From positions 3,484 through 67,483 of the forward strand of contig JACQUO010000034.1 in NCBI GenBank assembly GCA_016210205.1: a DNA stretch of 64,000 nucleotides, in the 5' to 3' direction. The DNA is from Chloroflexota bacterium (GTDB taxonomy: Bacteria; Chloroflexota; Dehalococcoidia; JACQUO01). The notes under the pieces are model-generated. The model saw only the letters and a list, made by a program, of their open reading frames with translations, was not told the origin of the DNA and made no database searches. This document shows positions 46,531 through 55,279 of the stretch, one piece after another. Position numbers and translations under genes: made by a program. The number at the start of each line of letters is the position of its first letter. Positions within the stretch are counted from its first letter, which is position 1.

Positions 46531-47564
46531 GGGTCGTGGACGCCAACCTGAACCGTTTGGGGGAAGCCCTGCGGGTGCTGGAGGATGTGGCCCGCCTCCT
46601 GCTCAACGACGCCGCCCTCACGGAGCGCCTCAAGGCCCTGCGCCACCGCATCATCGAGGGCCTGGCGGCGCGGGACCGGGAGCTGCTCTCGGCCCGCCGC
46701 GCCGCCGAGGATGTGGGGGCCGCGCCCGTCCCGCAGGAGCGCACCAGCCTGACCTCCCTGGTGGTGGCCAACTCCCGCCGCGCCCAGGAGTCCCTCCGGG
46801 TGCTGGAGGAGTTCGCCAAGCTGCCTGGTTCCCCTCTAGCGGCAGAAACCCTCCAGCGCGCCCGCTTCGAGGCCTATGAGGTTGAGCAAGCCCTAATCTC
46901 CCGGCTCCTGCGCCAGGAGAAGGCGGCCAAGCTCCGCGGCCTCTATGTCATCATCGACCCCCAGTTCACTCGGGGCCGCCCCGAGGTGGAGGTGGCCCGG
47001 GCCGCCATCGCCGGGGGGGCCGCCGTCATCCAGCTCCGGGACAAGGAGCGCGAGAAGGGGATTCAGTTGACGGTGGCCCGCCAGCTCAAAGACCTCTGCG
47101 CCCGGGCCGGGGTGCTCTTCCTGGTCAACGACCATGTGGACCTGGCCCTGGCCGCGGGGGCCGACGGCGTCCATGTGGGCCAGAAGGACCTGCCCATCAA
47201 AGAAGTCCGCCGCCTCCTGCCCGTGGACATGCTGGCGGGCTGCTCCGCCAACACCCCCCAGGAGGCCCACCGCGCCCAGGAGGACGGGGCCGACTATGTG
47301 GGGGTGGGGGCCATCTTCGCCACCCAGACCAAGGCCGTCACCCGCCCCGCCTCCCTGGAGCGCATCCGGGAGGTGAAGGCCGCCATCACCATCCCCATTG
47401 TGGCCATCGGCGGCATCAAGGCCGAGAACATCGCCGCGGTCATGGCCGCCGGGGCCGATGGCGCCGCCGTGGTCACCGCCGTGGTCGCCGCGGAGGATGT
47501 GGAGGCCGCCACCCGCCTGCTGGTGGCCCGCCTGTCCCCAGAGCCAGGGAAGGGAAAACCCTAA
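46521..47564 (+). CDS. thiE: thiamine-phosphate synthase with a ~140-aa N-terminal helical extension
   Basis: 347 aa. The C-terminal ~205 aa is ThiE-like (LYVIIDP, IQLRDK, VNDHVDLALA, GVHVGQKD, VGAIF.T.TK, VAIGGI). TTG start preceded by GGAGGTGA. Confidence 0.85.
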   Translation: MELRVVDANLNRLGEALRVLEDVARLLLNDAALTERLKALRHRIIEGLAARDRELLSARRAAEDVGAAPVPQERTSLTSLVVANSRRAQESLRVLEEFAKLPGSPLAAETLQRARFEAYEVEQALISRLLRQEKAAKLRGLYVIIDPQFTRGRPEVEVARAAIAGGAAVIQLRDKEREKGIQLTVARQLKDLCARAGVLFLVNDHVDLALAAGADGVHVGQKDLPIKEVRRLLPVDMLAGCSANTPQEAHRAQEDGADYVGVGAIFATQTKAVTRPASLERIREVKAAITIPIVAIGGIKAENIAAVMAAGADGAAVVTAVVAAEDVEAATRLLVARLSPEPGKGKP

Positions 47565-48203
47565 ATGGCCGACGCCAACTCCCACCTGGAGAAAATCGCC
47601 GCTGGCCTGCGGGAGGAGCTCGCCGCCCGCTACCGGGACCGGGAAAAAGCCCTGCAGCTCTCCCGCGATTCCATCCGCCACTGCGCCAATGCCATCCGCG
47701 CCATCCACCGGGGCGAGTTCCCCGAGGCCGAAGGGGGGCTTAAAGCCGCCAAGGCCATGCTGGGGGAGATGCGCCAGGCGGTGGCGGCCTGGGGCGAGCT
47801 CCGCTACTCCGGCTTCATCCAGGATGCGACCAAGGAGTACGCCGAGGGCCGCATCACCCTGGCCCTGGTGCGGGGCGAGGCCATCCCCTCCCCTGAGGAG
47901 CTGGAGGTGGACGCCGCCCCCTACCTCAACGGGATGGGCGAGGCCGCGGGTGAGATGCGCCGCTTCCTCCTGGACAGCCTCCGCCGCGGCGCCCTGGAGC
48001 GCTGCGAGGAGCACCTGGCAGCCATGGACGACATCTACACCCTCCTGGTGACCATGGACTTCCCCGACTCCCTCACCGGGGGCTTGCGCCGCACCACGGA
48101 CATGGTGCGCGGGGTGCTGGAGCGCACCCGGGGGGATGTCACCCTGGCCCTGCGCTTGGCGGAGCTCCAGGCCAAGCTCGGCCCCCATCAGCCCACAAAG
48201 TAA
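47565..48203 (+). CDS. translin-family protein
   Basis: 212 aa, all-helical. Contains YLNGMGEAAGEMRRFLLD, resembling the translin/TRAX signature. Call is from recollection only. Confidence 0.55.
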   Translation: MADANSHLEKIAAGLREELAARYRDREKALQLSRDSIRHCANAIRAIHRGEFPEAEGGLKAAKAMLGEMRQAVAAWGELRYSGFIQDATKEYAEGRITLALVRGEAIPSPEELEVDAAPYLNGMGEAAGEMRRFLLDSLRRGALERCEEHLAAMDDIYTLLVTMDFPDSLTGGLRRTTDMVRGVLERTRGDVTLALRLAELQAKLGPHQPTK

Positions 48204-48241
48204 GGAGGCCGTCTAGCAACCGGGGAGCAATAACCTCCTGG

Positions 48242-48382
48242 CAGGCTGCGGAAAAAGGGGAGTCCAGAGGGGCTTCGCCCCTCTGACGGGGGTCTGGGGG
48301 TGTCCCCCAGATATAAATTCTTCCCCCTTCCTGGCCAGGAAGGGGGCTAGGGGGATGGTCGACGGAGTTTTTCAGCACTCTG
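48242..48382 (-). repeat. 141-nt hairpin-rich repeat, family 1 (copy A)
   Basis: The ends are caggctgcggaaaaa ... tttttcagcactctg. Contains a 24-nt perfect palindrome cccccttcctggccaggaaggggg. The core gaggggcttcgcccctctgacgggggtctgggggtgtcccccag is present. Same length as copies C and B. Confidence 0.85.
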
Positions 48383-48397
48383 CTAGGTTTTACCTCA

Positions 48398-48426
48398 TTG
48401 ACGGATGGTGGCTCCTTTGCTATAAT
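48398..48426 (+). promoter_or_regulatory. sigma70-type promoter for hppA (TTGACG-17-TATAAT)
   Basis: Reads ttgacg gatggtggctcctttgc tataat. Lies about 70 nt upstream of the start, which has SD GAAGGAGA. Confidence 0.65.
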
Positions 48427-48495
48427 CCGCCCTTGGCTTGGCGCAGAGCAAGTAATCCTTAGCTGTAATGGCCATTCTACTGAAGGAGACACGGG

Positions 48496-50616
48496 ATGAA
48501 CATCTTCCTCATCGTGCCTATCTCCGGTGCCTTGGCGGTGATTTTCGCGGGCTTACTGGCCTGGGATGTGCTGCGCCAGGATGCCGGCACCAAAGAGATG
48601 CAGGAGATAGGCGGGCTCATCCTCGAAGGCGCCATGGCCTTCATGAGGCGACAGTACCTCACCATTGCCTGGATATCGGTGGTCACCGCCATCATCGTGT
48701 CTGCGGTGGTGGGGATGCTGAGCCGGCCGGGCGAGATACCAGGCGTCACCCCCCTGGAGCTGGGCTGGAAGACCGGCCTGGCTTTTATTGTGGGCGCTGC
48801 CTGCTCGGCCCTCTCCGGCTATGTGGGGATGTATATCGCGGTGCGCTCTAACCTGCGCTGCGCCGCTGCGGCCCAGAAGGGCCTCAACTCCGCCATCAAA
48901 GTGGCCCTGCGGGGCGGGGCGGTCTCCGGCTTCCTCATCGTCTCCCTGAGCCTCCTGGGCGTGACCGGCATGTACTACGCCTACGGCGGACGGCCCGACC
49001 TGGCCCCCCACCTCATCGTGGGCTACGGCTTCGGGGCATCCTTCGTGGCCCTCTTCGCCCAGTTGGGCGGCGGCATCTACACCAAGGCTGCGGACATGGG
49101 GGCCGACCTGGTGGGCAAGGTGGAGGCGGGCATCCCCGAGGATGACCCCCGCAACGCCGCCGTCATCGCCGACCTGGTGGGCGACAATGTGGGCGACTGC
49201 GCTGGCCGCGGCGCCGACCTCTTCGAGTCCACCGCCGCGGAGAACATCGGCGCCATGATTTTAGGCATCACCGTGTTTTTAGCCACGGGCAACCCGGCCT
49301 GGGTGCTCTTCCCCCTGGTGGTGCGCGCCTTCGGCATCATCGCCTGCATGGTGGGCATCATGTCGGTGCGCGCCTCGGAGGGCGAGAACCCTATGAACGC
49401 CCTGAATCGCGGCTACTTCGTGACCGTGGCGCTTTCCCTGGTGGGGATGGCGGTCACGGTGATGGTCATGGTGAACAACTGGTGGCTCTTCGCCGCCGGC
49501 GCAGTGGGCATCCTCACCTCGGTGGTGGTAATCTACATCACCCAGTACTACACCGAGCCCCAGTATGGCCCCGTCAAGAGCATCATCCAGGCCTCCCGCA
49601 CCGGCCCGGCCACCAACATGGTCATCGGCGTGGCGGTGGGCTTTGAGACCACCCTGGCCACCGCGATAGCCATCTCCGTGGCCCTAGTCCTGTCCTTCTT
49701 CTTCGGCTCCCTCACCGGCCTCGATGGCGGGGGCGTCTTCGGCACCGCCGCGGCCACCATGGGCATGCTCATGACCGCCGCCTATGTGTTGGCCATGGAC
49801 ACCTTTGGCCCCATCACCGACAACGCCAACGGCATCATCCAGATGGCCGGCCTGGGCGGGCATGTGCGGGAGATAACCGACCGCATGGACGCCGTGGGCA
49901 ACACCACCAAGGCCCTGACCAAGGGGTATGCCATGGTCTCCGCGGGCCTGGCCGCCTTCCTGCTCTTCCAGGCCTATCTGGATAGGGTGGCCTTCCTGCG
50001 CGGCCTGAAGCACTTCGGCGATGTCAACCTGGCCCGGCTGGAGGTCTTCATCGCCGCCCTGCTGGCCGCCATGCTGGTCTTCCTCTTCTGCTCCCTGGCC
50101 ATCAAGGCCGTGGGGCGCACCGCCTCCAAAATCATCGAGGAGGTGCGGCGGCAGTTCCGGGAAAACCCGGGCATCATGAAGGGGACCGTCAAACCCGACT
50201 ACGCCCGCGCCGTGGACATCACCGCCGCCGCCGGGCTGCGGGAGATGATTCTCCCGGGCCTCCTGCCGGTCATCGCCCCCATCGCCATCGGAGCCGGATT
50301 CAGGCTGGTGGCGGGCTGGGACGCCGCCCAGGCCGTGGCGGGCCTCCTCATGGTGGGCACCATCGTGGGCATCATGATGGCATCCTTCATGAACAACGGC
50401 GGCGGCGCCTGGGACAACGCCAAGAAGGCCATCGAGGACAACCAGCTCAAGGATGAGGCGGGCAATGTCATCGGCAAGGGCACGCCCACCCACGCCGCCG
50501 CGGTGGTGGGCGACACCGTGGGCGACCCCTTCAAGGACACCGCTGGTCCTTCCGTCCACGTGTTGGTGAAGCTCCTCTCCACCATCACCCTGGTCATGGT
50601 GCCCATGTTCGCCTAA
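48496..50616 (+). CDS. hppA: membrane-bound ion-translocating pyrophosphatase
   Basis: 706 aa, about 16 TM segments. Motifs GGGIYTKAADMGADLVGKVE, DNVGDCAGRGADLFES and GDTVGDPFKDTAGPS. Confidence 0.95.
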   Translation: MNIFLIVPISGALAVIFAGLLAWDVLRQDAGTKEMQEIGGLILEGAMAFMRRQYLTIAWISVVTAIIVSAVVGMLSRPGEIPGVTPLELGWKTGLAFIVGAACSALSGYVGMYIAVRSNLRCAAAAQKGLNSAIKVALRGGAVSGFLIVSLSLLGVTGMYYAYGGRPDLAPHLIVGYGFGASFVALFAQLGGGIYTKAADMGADLVGKVEAGIPEDDPRNAAVIADLVGDNVGDCAGRGADLFESTAAENIGAMILGITVFLATGNPAWVLFPLVVRAFGIIACMVGIMSVRASEGENPMNALNRGYFVTVALSLVGMAVTVMVMVNNWWLFAAGAVGILTSVVVIYITQYYTEPQYGPVKSIIQASRTGPATNMVIGVAVGFETTLATAIAISVALVLSFFFGSLTGLDGGGVFGTAAATMGMLMTAAYVLAMDTFGPITDNANGIIQMAGLGGHVREITDRMDAVGNTTKALTKGYAMVSAGLAAFLLFQAYLDRVAFLRGLKHFGDVNLARLEVFIAALLAAMLVFLFCSLAIKAVGRTASKIIEEVRRQFRENPGIMKGTVKPDYARAVDITAAAGLREMILPGLLPVIAPIAIGAGFRLVAGWDAAQAVAGLLMVGTIVGIMMASFMNNGGGAWDNAKKAIEDNQLKDEAGNVIGKGTPTHAAAVVGDTVGDPFKDTAGPSVHVLVKLLSTITLVMVPMFA

Positions 50617-50635
50617 GTCCAAGCCTGACTTAAGA

Positions 50636-50677
50636 GCGAAGGGCCAGAGGCAAAAACCTCTGGCCCTTCGCTTTTTG
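50636..50677 (+). terminator. intrinsic terminator after hppA
   Basis: Perfect 15-bp stem gcgaagggccagagg / cctctggcccttcgc with loop caaaaa, followed by TTTTT. Confidence 0.85.
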
Positions 50678-50690
50678 AGTTAAAGGCGCC

Positions 50691-51344
50691 CTACCTCGCG
50701 GGGCGCTGGAGGAAGGGGTTCCACTGCCGCTCTATACCTACCTTGGTGGTAGGGCCATGGCCGGGGAGCACCACGGTCTCGTCAGGCAGGCACATTATCT
50801 TCTCCTGGATGCCCTGAACCAGCTGGGCCTGGCTGCCCACGCCGAAGTCAGTGCGCCCGATGCTGAACTGGAAGAGGGCGTCCCCGGTGACGGCCAGCCC
50901 CTCCCCCACCAGGGTGAGGCCCCCCGGCGAATGGCCCGGGGTGTGGCGCACCGTGAAGCGCAGTCCCCCCAGCTCCAGCACATCCCCCTCCTTGAGGAGG
51001 AGGTCCGGCGGCGGGGGCGGCTCGGAGGACATACCCATCATCCCGCCCCGCCGGGCCGTGCCCGGGGGCTCGTCCTGGTGGAGGGCATATATGGCTCCCG
51101 TCTGGCGCTTCACCTCCGCCAGGGCCATGATATGGTCGGGGTGAGTATGGGTGGCCACGATATACTTGATGGTAAGGCCCAGGTCTTTGACATATTTCAT
51201 GATGCCCTCGGCATCGAAGCCGGGGTCCACAATCATCCCCTCCTTGGTCTTGGCCGAGCCGACAATGAAGCAGTTGGAGCCGAAAGGCCCCACGGCCAGG
51301 CCCTTGACGATGAGCTCGGGGTTCGCCAGGGGATTTTCCGTCAC
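50691..51344 (-). CDS. MBL-fold metallo-hydrolase (glyoxalase II-like)
   Basis: 217 aa. Metal motif THTHPDH. Confidence 0.8.
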   Translation of the reverse strand: MTENPLANPELIVKGLAVGPFGSNCFIVGSAKTKEGMIVDPGFDAEGIMKYVKDLGLTIKYIVATHTHPDHIMALAEVKRQTGAIYALHQDEPPGTARRGGMMGMSSEPPPPPDLLLKEGDVLELGGLRFTVRHTPGHSPGGLTLVGEGLAVTGDALFQFSIGRTDFGVGSQAQLVQGIQEKIMCLPDETVVLPGHGPTTKVGIERQWNPFLQRPAR

Positions 51345-52258
51345 GAGGGCACCACGCCTTTCCGGCGGTAATACATCATGTAGGCCATGACGGCCCCGCC
51401 GCCGCCCTCGCCGGAGGCGCCGCCCCGGCGCGCCCCCTGGCGCTCCGCCAGACGTTTACCGATTTGCTGGGGGTTCTCCCCCGCCTTCATCCCCGCCAGG
51501 ATGATTTCCCCGTAGAGCTTGGTGTTGCGCTCCAGGGATTCCAGAAGGGGCTTCACCTCCCGCCGGGGGCCGCCGTGGGAGAAGAAGAGGAGGTCGGGGT
51601 TCAGGGTGCGCACCTTGGCCACGGTCTCCAACACCGCCTCGGGGTCGAAGCTCGGCGGGATGGCCGCCGGGCCGACATCGGTATTGCCGGCCTGGGCCAC
51701 CCCCAGGGCCTCGCCGCAGAAGAGGCCCCGGCTCCTGGTGTCGAAGACGGAGAGGCAGTGATGAGCGTGGCCGGGGGTGTAGATAATCTGAAGCTGGCGG
51801 CCCTTATCGATGCTGATGCTCTCGCCGCCCTCCACCACCATGACCCGCTCCTTGGCGATGGGGACGATGGGGCCGAAGTCCGTCTCGAAGTCGTCGCCGA
51901 AGGCCTGCTTGGTGGAGGCGATGAGCCGCTCCGGCTCCGTCATGTGGCGCACCCCCTCCCGGTGGAGGACGAAGGTGGCCTGGGGCAAGGTTGACGCCAG
52001 GTGGCCGATGCCCCCGGCGTGGTCCACATGGATGTGGGTGGGGATGATATATTTTAGCTTGGCCGGGTCGCGTCCCACGCGGCGGATGCCCTCCAGCACG
52101 GCGTCGCCGGCGGTGGCGGGGCCAGTCTCGATGAGCACCGGCGTGGGGGCGTCGATGAAGTAGGAGACATGGATGGCCAGCATGCGCTTGACCGTGGTCT
52201 CGAAGTGGTAGATGTCGTCATAGACCTGGGTTATCTTCACCGGGGCGATAGTGGGCAT
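51341..52258 (-). CDS. MBL-fold metallo-hydrolase
   Basis: 305 aa. Metal motif THIHVDHAGG. 4-nt overlap with the downstream MBL gene. Confidence 0.75.
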   Translation of the reverse strand: MPTIAPVKITQVYDDIYHFETTVKRMLAIHVSYFIDAPTPVLIETGPATAGDAVLEGIRRVGRDPAKLKYIIPTHIHVDHAGGIGHLASTLPQATFVLHREGVRHMTEPERLIASTKQAFGDDFETDFGPIVPIAKERVMVVEGGESISIDKGRQLQIIYTPGHAHHCLSVFDTRSRGLFCGEALGVAQAGNTDVGPAAIPPSFDPEAVLETVAKVRTLNPDLLFFSHGGPRREVKPLLESLERNTKLYGEIILAGMKAGENPQQIGKRLAERQGARRGGASGEGGGGAVMAYMMYYRRKGVVPS

Positions 52259-52413
52259 CCGCGACTCCTCCCTTCCACTTTGGCCGTATCGCTGGCCCAG
52301 GACTGCCTGGGTCGAGCCTGTCCCGCAAGCATACGCTGGTCATTCTAGCACAGGGGGGAGACGGCGGGCAAACGGGGGGCTGGGGGTATGTACCCGCATT
52401 CCGTCTTATCAGG

Positions 52414-52554
52414 CGGTGTGCGCCCCCAGGGGTGTCCAGAGGGGCTTCGCCCCTCTGGCGGGGGTATGGGGGTGTCCCCCAGTTCCCTCTTCTTCCCCCT
52501 TCCTGGCCAGGAAGGGGGCGAGGGGGATGGTCGGTAAAGAGTGCCCTGCCTTTA
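52414..52554 (-). repeat. 141-nt hairpin-rich repeat, family 1 (copy B, degenerate termini)
   Basis: The interior is collinear and equal in length with copy A (gtccagaggggcttcgcccctctggcgggggtatgggggtgtcccccag ... cccccttcctggccaggaaggggg ... gggggatggtcgg). The terminal 15-mers are mutated. Confidence 0.75.
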
Positions 52555-52627
52555 ACTTTCACCCCAATCTTGGTAAGATGTGGGCCAAACAGATTCGAGT
52601 GAGGTGTTCCCCTTGGCCCTTCAGGAT

Positions 52628-53971
52628 ATGGACAAGCTAGTCTCCCTCTGCAAGCGGCGTGGCTTCATCTTCCCCTCCAGCGAAATTTACGGCGGCCTGG
52701 CCTCCACCTGGGACTACGGCCCCCTGGGCGTGGAGCTGAAGCGCAACATCCGCGACGCCTGGTGGCGCGCCACCGTCCAGGAGCGGGACGACATGGTGGG
52801 CCTGGACGCGGCCATCCTCATGCACCCCCAGGTGTGGGAGGCCAGCGGACACCTGGCGGGCTTCGCCGACCCCATGGTGGACTGCAAGGCCTGCAAGCAG
52901 CGCTGGCGCGCTGATGCCCTCAAGGAGGGCCGCTGCCCCGCCTGCGGGGGCGAGGTCACCGCGCCCCGCAACTTCAACCTCATGCTCAAGACCCACCTTG
53001 GCCCTGTGGAGGACAGCGCCGCCGTAGTCTATCTGCGCCCCGAGACGGCCCAGGGCATCTTCGTCAACTTCGCCAATGTGCTCTCCGCCACCCGCCGCAA
53101 GCTCCCCTTCGGCATCGCCCAGATTGGCAAGGCTTTCCGCAACGAGATTACCCCGGGCAATTTCATCTTCCGCACCCGGGAGTTCGAGCAGATGGAGATT
53201 GAATACTTCGTCAAGCCCGGCACGGAGGACGAGCACTTCGACAGGTGGGTGCAGGCCCGCTTCGACTGGTATGTGAACCTGGGCATCCGCCCGGAGAACC
53301 TGCGCCGGCGCCCCCACGGCCCCGACGAGTTGGCCCACTACGCCCGCGCCTGCTCCGACATCGAATACCGCTTCCCCATGGGCTGGTCGGAGCTGGAGGG
53401 CATCGCCAACCGGGGGGACTTCGACCTGCGCCAGCACGCCCAGTCCAGCGGCAAGGAGCTGACCTACTTCGACGAAGAGACCAAGGAGCACATCGTGCCC
53501 TCTGTCATCGAGCCCTCGGCGGGGGTGGACCGCTCCCTGCTGGCCTTCCTGGCGGACGCCTACACCGAGGAGACGGTGCGCGGCGAGCCGCGGGTGGTGC
53601 TGCGGCTGCACCCGGCCCTGGCCCCCATCAAGGTGGCGGTGCTGCCCCTCTCCCGCAACGAGCGCCTGCTGCCCCTGGCCCAGGAGGCGCACGCGCTGCT
53701 CCGTCCCCACTTCATGACCCAGGGCGACGACACCCAGAGCATCGGGCGGCGCTATCGGCGGCAGGACGAGGCGGGGACGCCGCTGTGCGTCACCATCGAC
53801 TTCGAGTCGTTGGAGGACCGGGCCGTGACCATCCGGGAGCGGGACAGCATGGCCCAGATGCGGGTGCCCCTGGCGGCCCTGGCGGCGACCCTACGCGCCA
53901 AGCTGGCCGGGGAGCCTTGCGACGAGGCGCACCTGCCCGAGGGGGGCAAGTGGTTGGGGGCGCGGGGGTGA
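52628..53971 (+). CDS. glyQS: glycine--tRNA ligase (homodimeric class II)
   Basis: [24 protein letters not shown] start and class II motifs. The start may instead be the upstream track start at 52580. Confidence 0.93.
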   Translation: MDKLVSLCKRRGFIFPSSEIYGGLASTWDYGPLGVELKRNIRDAWWRATVQERDDMVGLDAAILMHPQVWEASGHLAGFADPMVDCKACKQRWRADALKEGRCPACGGEVTAPRNFNLMLKTHLGPVEDSAAVVYLRPETAQGIFVNFANVLSATRRKLPFGIAQIGKAFRNEITPGNFIFRTREFEQMEIEYFVKPGTEDEHFDRWVQARFDWYVNLGIRPENLRRRPHGPDELAHYARACSDIEYRFPMGWSELEGIANRGDFDLRQHAQSSGKELTYFDEETKEHIVPSVIEPSAGVDRSLLAFLADAYTEETVRGEPRVVLRLHPALAPIKVAVLPLSRNERLLPLAQEAHALLRPHFMTQGDDTQSIGRRYRRQDEAGTPLCVTIDFESLEDRAVTIRERDSMAQMRVPLAALAATLRAKLAGEPCDEAHLPEGGKWLGARG

Positions 53972-54058
53972 GGGGGTGCAGTCCAGTGTCCAAGAGCGAG
54001 GTCGGGAAGCGCGAACGGGAGCGCAAGGCGAATGAGGAACGTACCTAAGCATGTTGAA

Positions 54059-55111
54059 TCACGCTTTCAAGGCATGTTCTAGTTCTTCAATGAAAGACCG
54101 AGTGTCGGCGAAGTAGTTAGGATAGGCACGTTCAAGATCATTCAAGGAGTCTACAGATACCAGAACAGCATCTCCCGCTGCTCCTGCTCGTATCTGTTTC
54201 TCAATGTCCGCGTATTCTCTTGCCGCTTGCGGCAACTCCTTGCGTTCATAGCCAGAAATCGTCAAGCTCTCAGCGGCACTATCCAATTTCAGTAGGTAAT
54301 AGTCAGCATTTCTCACTGACGGGTTCCGCGTTTCGCGGAATGCTGTTGTGAACCCTTCAAGGGTGGTTTTTACACGCAGGGTATCGGCGTACGACCTAAG
54401 TTCAGGCACCAACTCCCGCCACGTGGTTGGTGTTTTTGGCACGGGTTCGGTACCCTCGTGCAGCGCATTTGCGGTTCCCATGAGTTGGAAGAATCGTTCC
54501 CAGTCTCGGCGACCCCTACTTGATTTCAACGCTTGGCTGGTAAAAGCATCAACTGTCTCAACTGTGGTAGCCCAAGAGTGCTGTAAATGAGTGCGAATCT
54601 GTACTTCAACCTTCATACCATTAAATACTTCGCTACGGTCGCTGTAATAGCGAAGTACGAGATGCCTACTTCGGTATCCAGATTCTCTTGGGCACGTAAT
54701 ATAGTTGTCTTCGTGGGCGCGTGCATGCCTGATTTTGCTTTCCTTGTATGCTTCGGTCAATTGGTTCACATTACTAACGGTCTGAACAATCGCTCGGCAG
54801 CCTCCAATATCTTGCATATCCCACAATTGCATCTTTTTAAATCGGTCTAGTTTCATATAGATGGAGAATAGCCGTTTGAGGCGTTGGGCTACAATGACAT
54901 TCCTATCTACAATGCGGGCTTGGCGGCGTAGGCTAATCTGAATCGTGTTCAATGGGAAAGCATGTGCCGCACGGAAGTTGTCTACAATGTCGAGTGCGTG
55001 GTTCCATCTGGCTGAGTCCGCTACATCCCGCCCACCCTGCAGGAGAGCCAAGAGAGTTTCCCCAGCCTGGTTGACTTCTCTGCGGGAGTATTGTGGTTGA
55101 GCCCAAGTCAT
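54059..55111 (-). CDS. stand-alone RelA/SpoT-domain (alarmone-synthetase-fold) protein with an uncharacterised C-terminal domain
   Basis: 350 aa from ATG 55111. Motifs DIGGCRAIV, ESGYRSRHLVL and EVQIRTHLQHSWATTVE. No HD, TGS or ACT regions. The track ORF extends upstream through a tRNA-like remnant. Confidence 0.8.
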   Translation of the reverse strand: MTWAQPQYSRREVNQAGETLLALLQGGRDVADSARWNHALDIVDNFRAAHAFPLNTIQISLRRQARIVDRNVIVAQRLKRLFSIYMKLDRFKKMQLWDMQDIGGCRAIVQTVSNVNQLTEAYKESKIRHARAHEDNYITCPRESGYRSRHLVLRYYSDRSEVFNGMKVEVQIRTHLQHSWATTVETVDAFTSQALKSSRGRRDWERFFQLMGTANALHEGTEPVPKTPTTWRELVPELRSYADTLRVKTTLEGFTTAFRETRNPSVRNADYYLLKLDSAAESLTISGYERKELPQAAREYADIEKQIRAGAAGDAVLVSVDSLNDLERAYPNYFADTRSFIEELEHALKA

Positions 55112-55202
55112 ATCAACATCTAACGGTAACTCATACTCGCTATCTGAGTCAAGTATATTGTTGCCGAAATAAGCACCTAAAGATGAACAGCCAGTGAGAC
55201 CA

Positions 55203-55279
55203 TGGAGCGGGAGACGGGACTCGAACCCGCGATAACCTGCTTGGAAGGATGGACTGTCGCTTAGCCCCGTTTTCCCGGC
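55203..55279 (-). pseudogene. tRNA-derived remnant (intact T-arm, acceptor 3' strand and CCA; degenerate 5' part)
   Basis: Minus strand 55230-55203 reads GCGGG-TTCGAGT-CCCGT-CTCCCGC-T-CCA. The upstream 49 nt do not form D or anticodon arms. Confidence 0.45.

Noticed and set aside
46893-48188. 431-aa minus-strand ORF
   Set aside because: It is antisense to thiE and the translin-like gene, with the same compositional artefact.
48139-48492. Repeat-encoded ORFs (also 24246..24455, 26183..26509, 45133..45343, 52218..52562) sharing peptides such as GTPPDPRQRGEAPLD
   Set aside because: The shared peptide comes from the shared nucleotide repeat read in one frame. The ORFs differ in length and flanks and have no start signals. 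They are treated as repeat artefacts, not a protein family.
24258-52554. Possibility that the GC-rich repeats form a CRISPR array
   Set aside because: The copies are 2-20 kb apart, 141-292 nt long, in both orientations, and not interleaved with short spacers. No cas genes are present.
52259-52627. T-box leader upstream of glyQS
   Set aside because: The only T-box-like string (gggggatggtcgg) belongs to repeat copy B and recurs upstream of hppA in copy A. No specifier-loop or antiterminator architecture could be traced.
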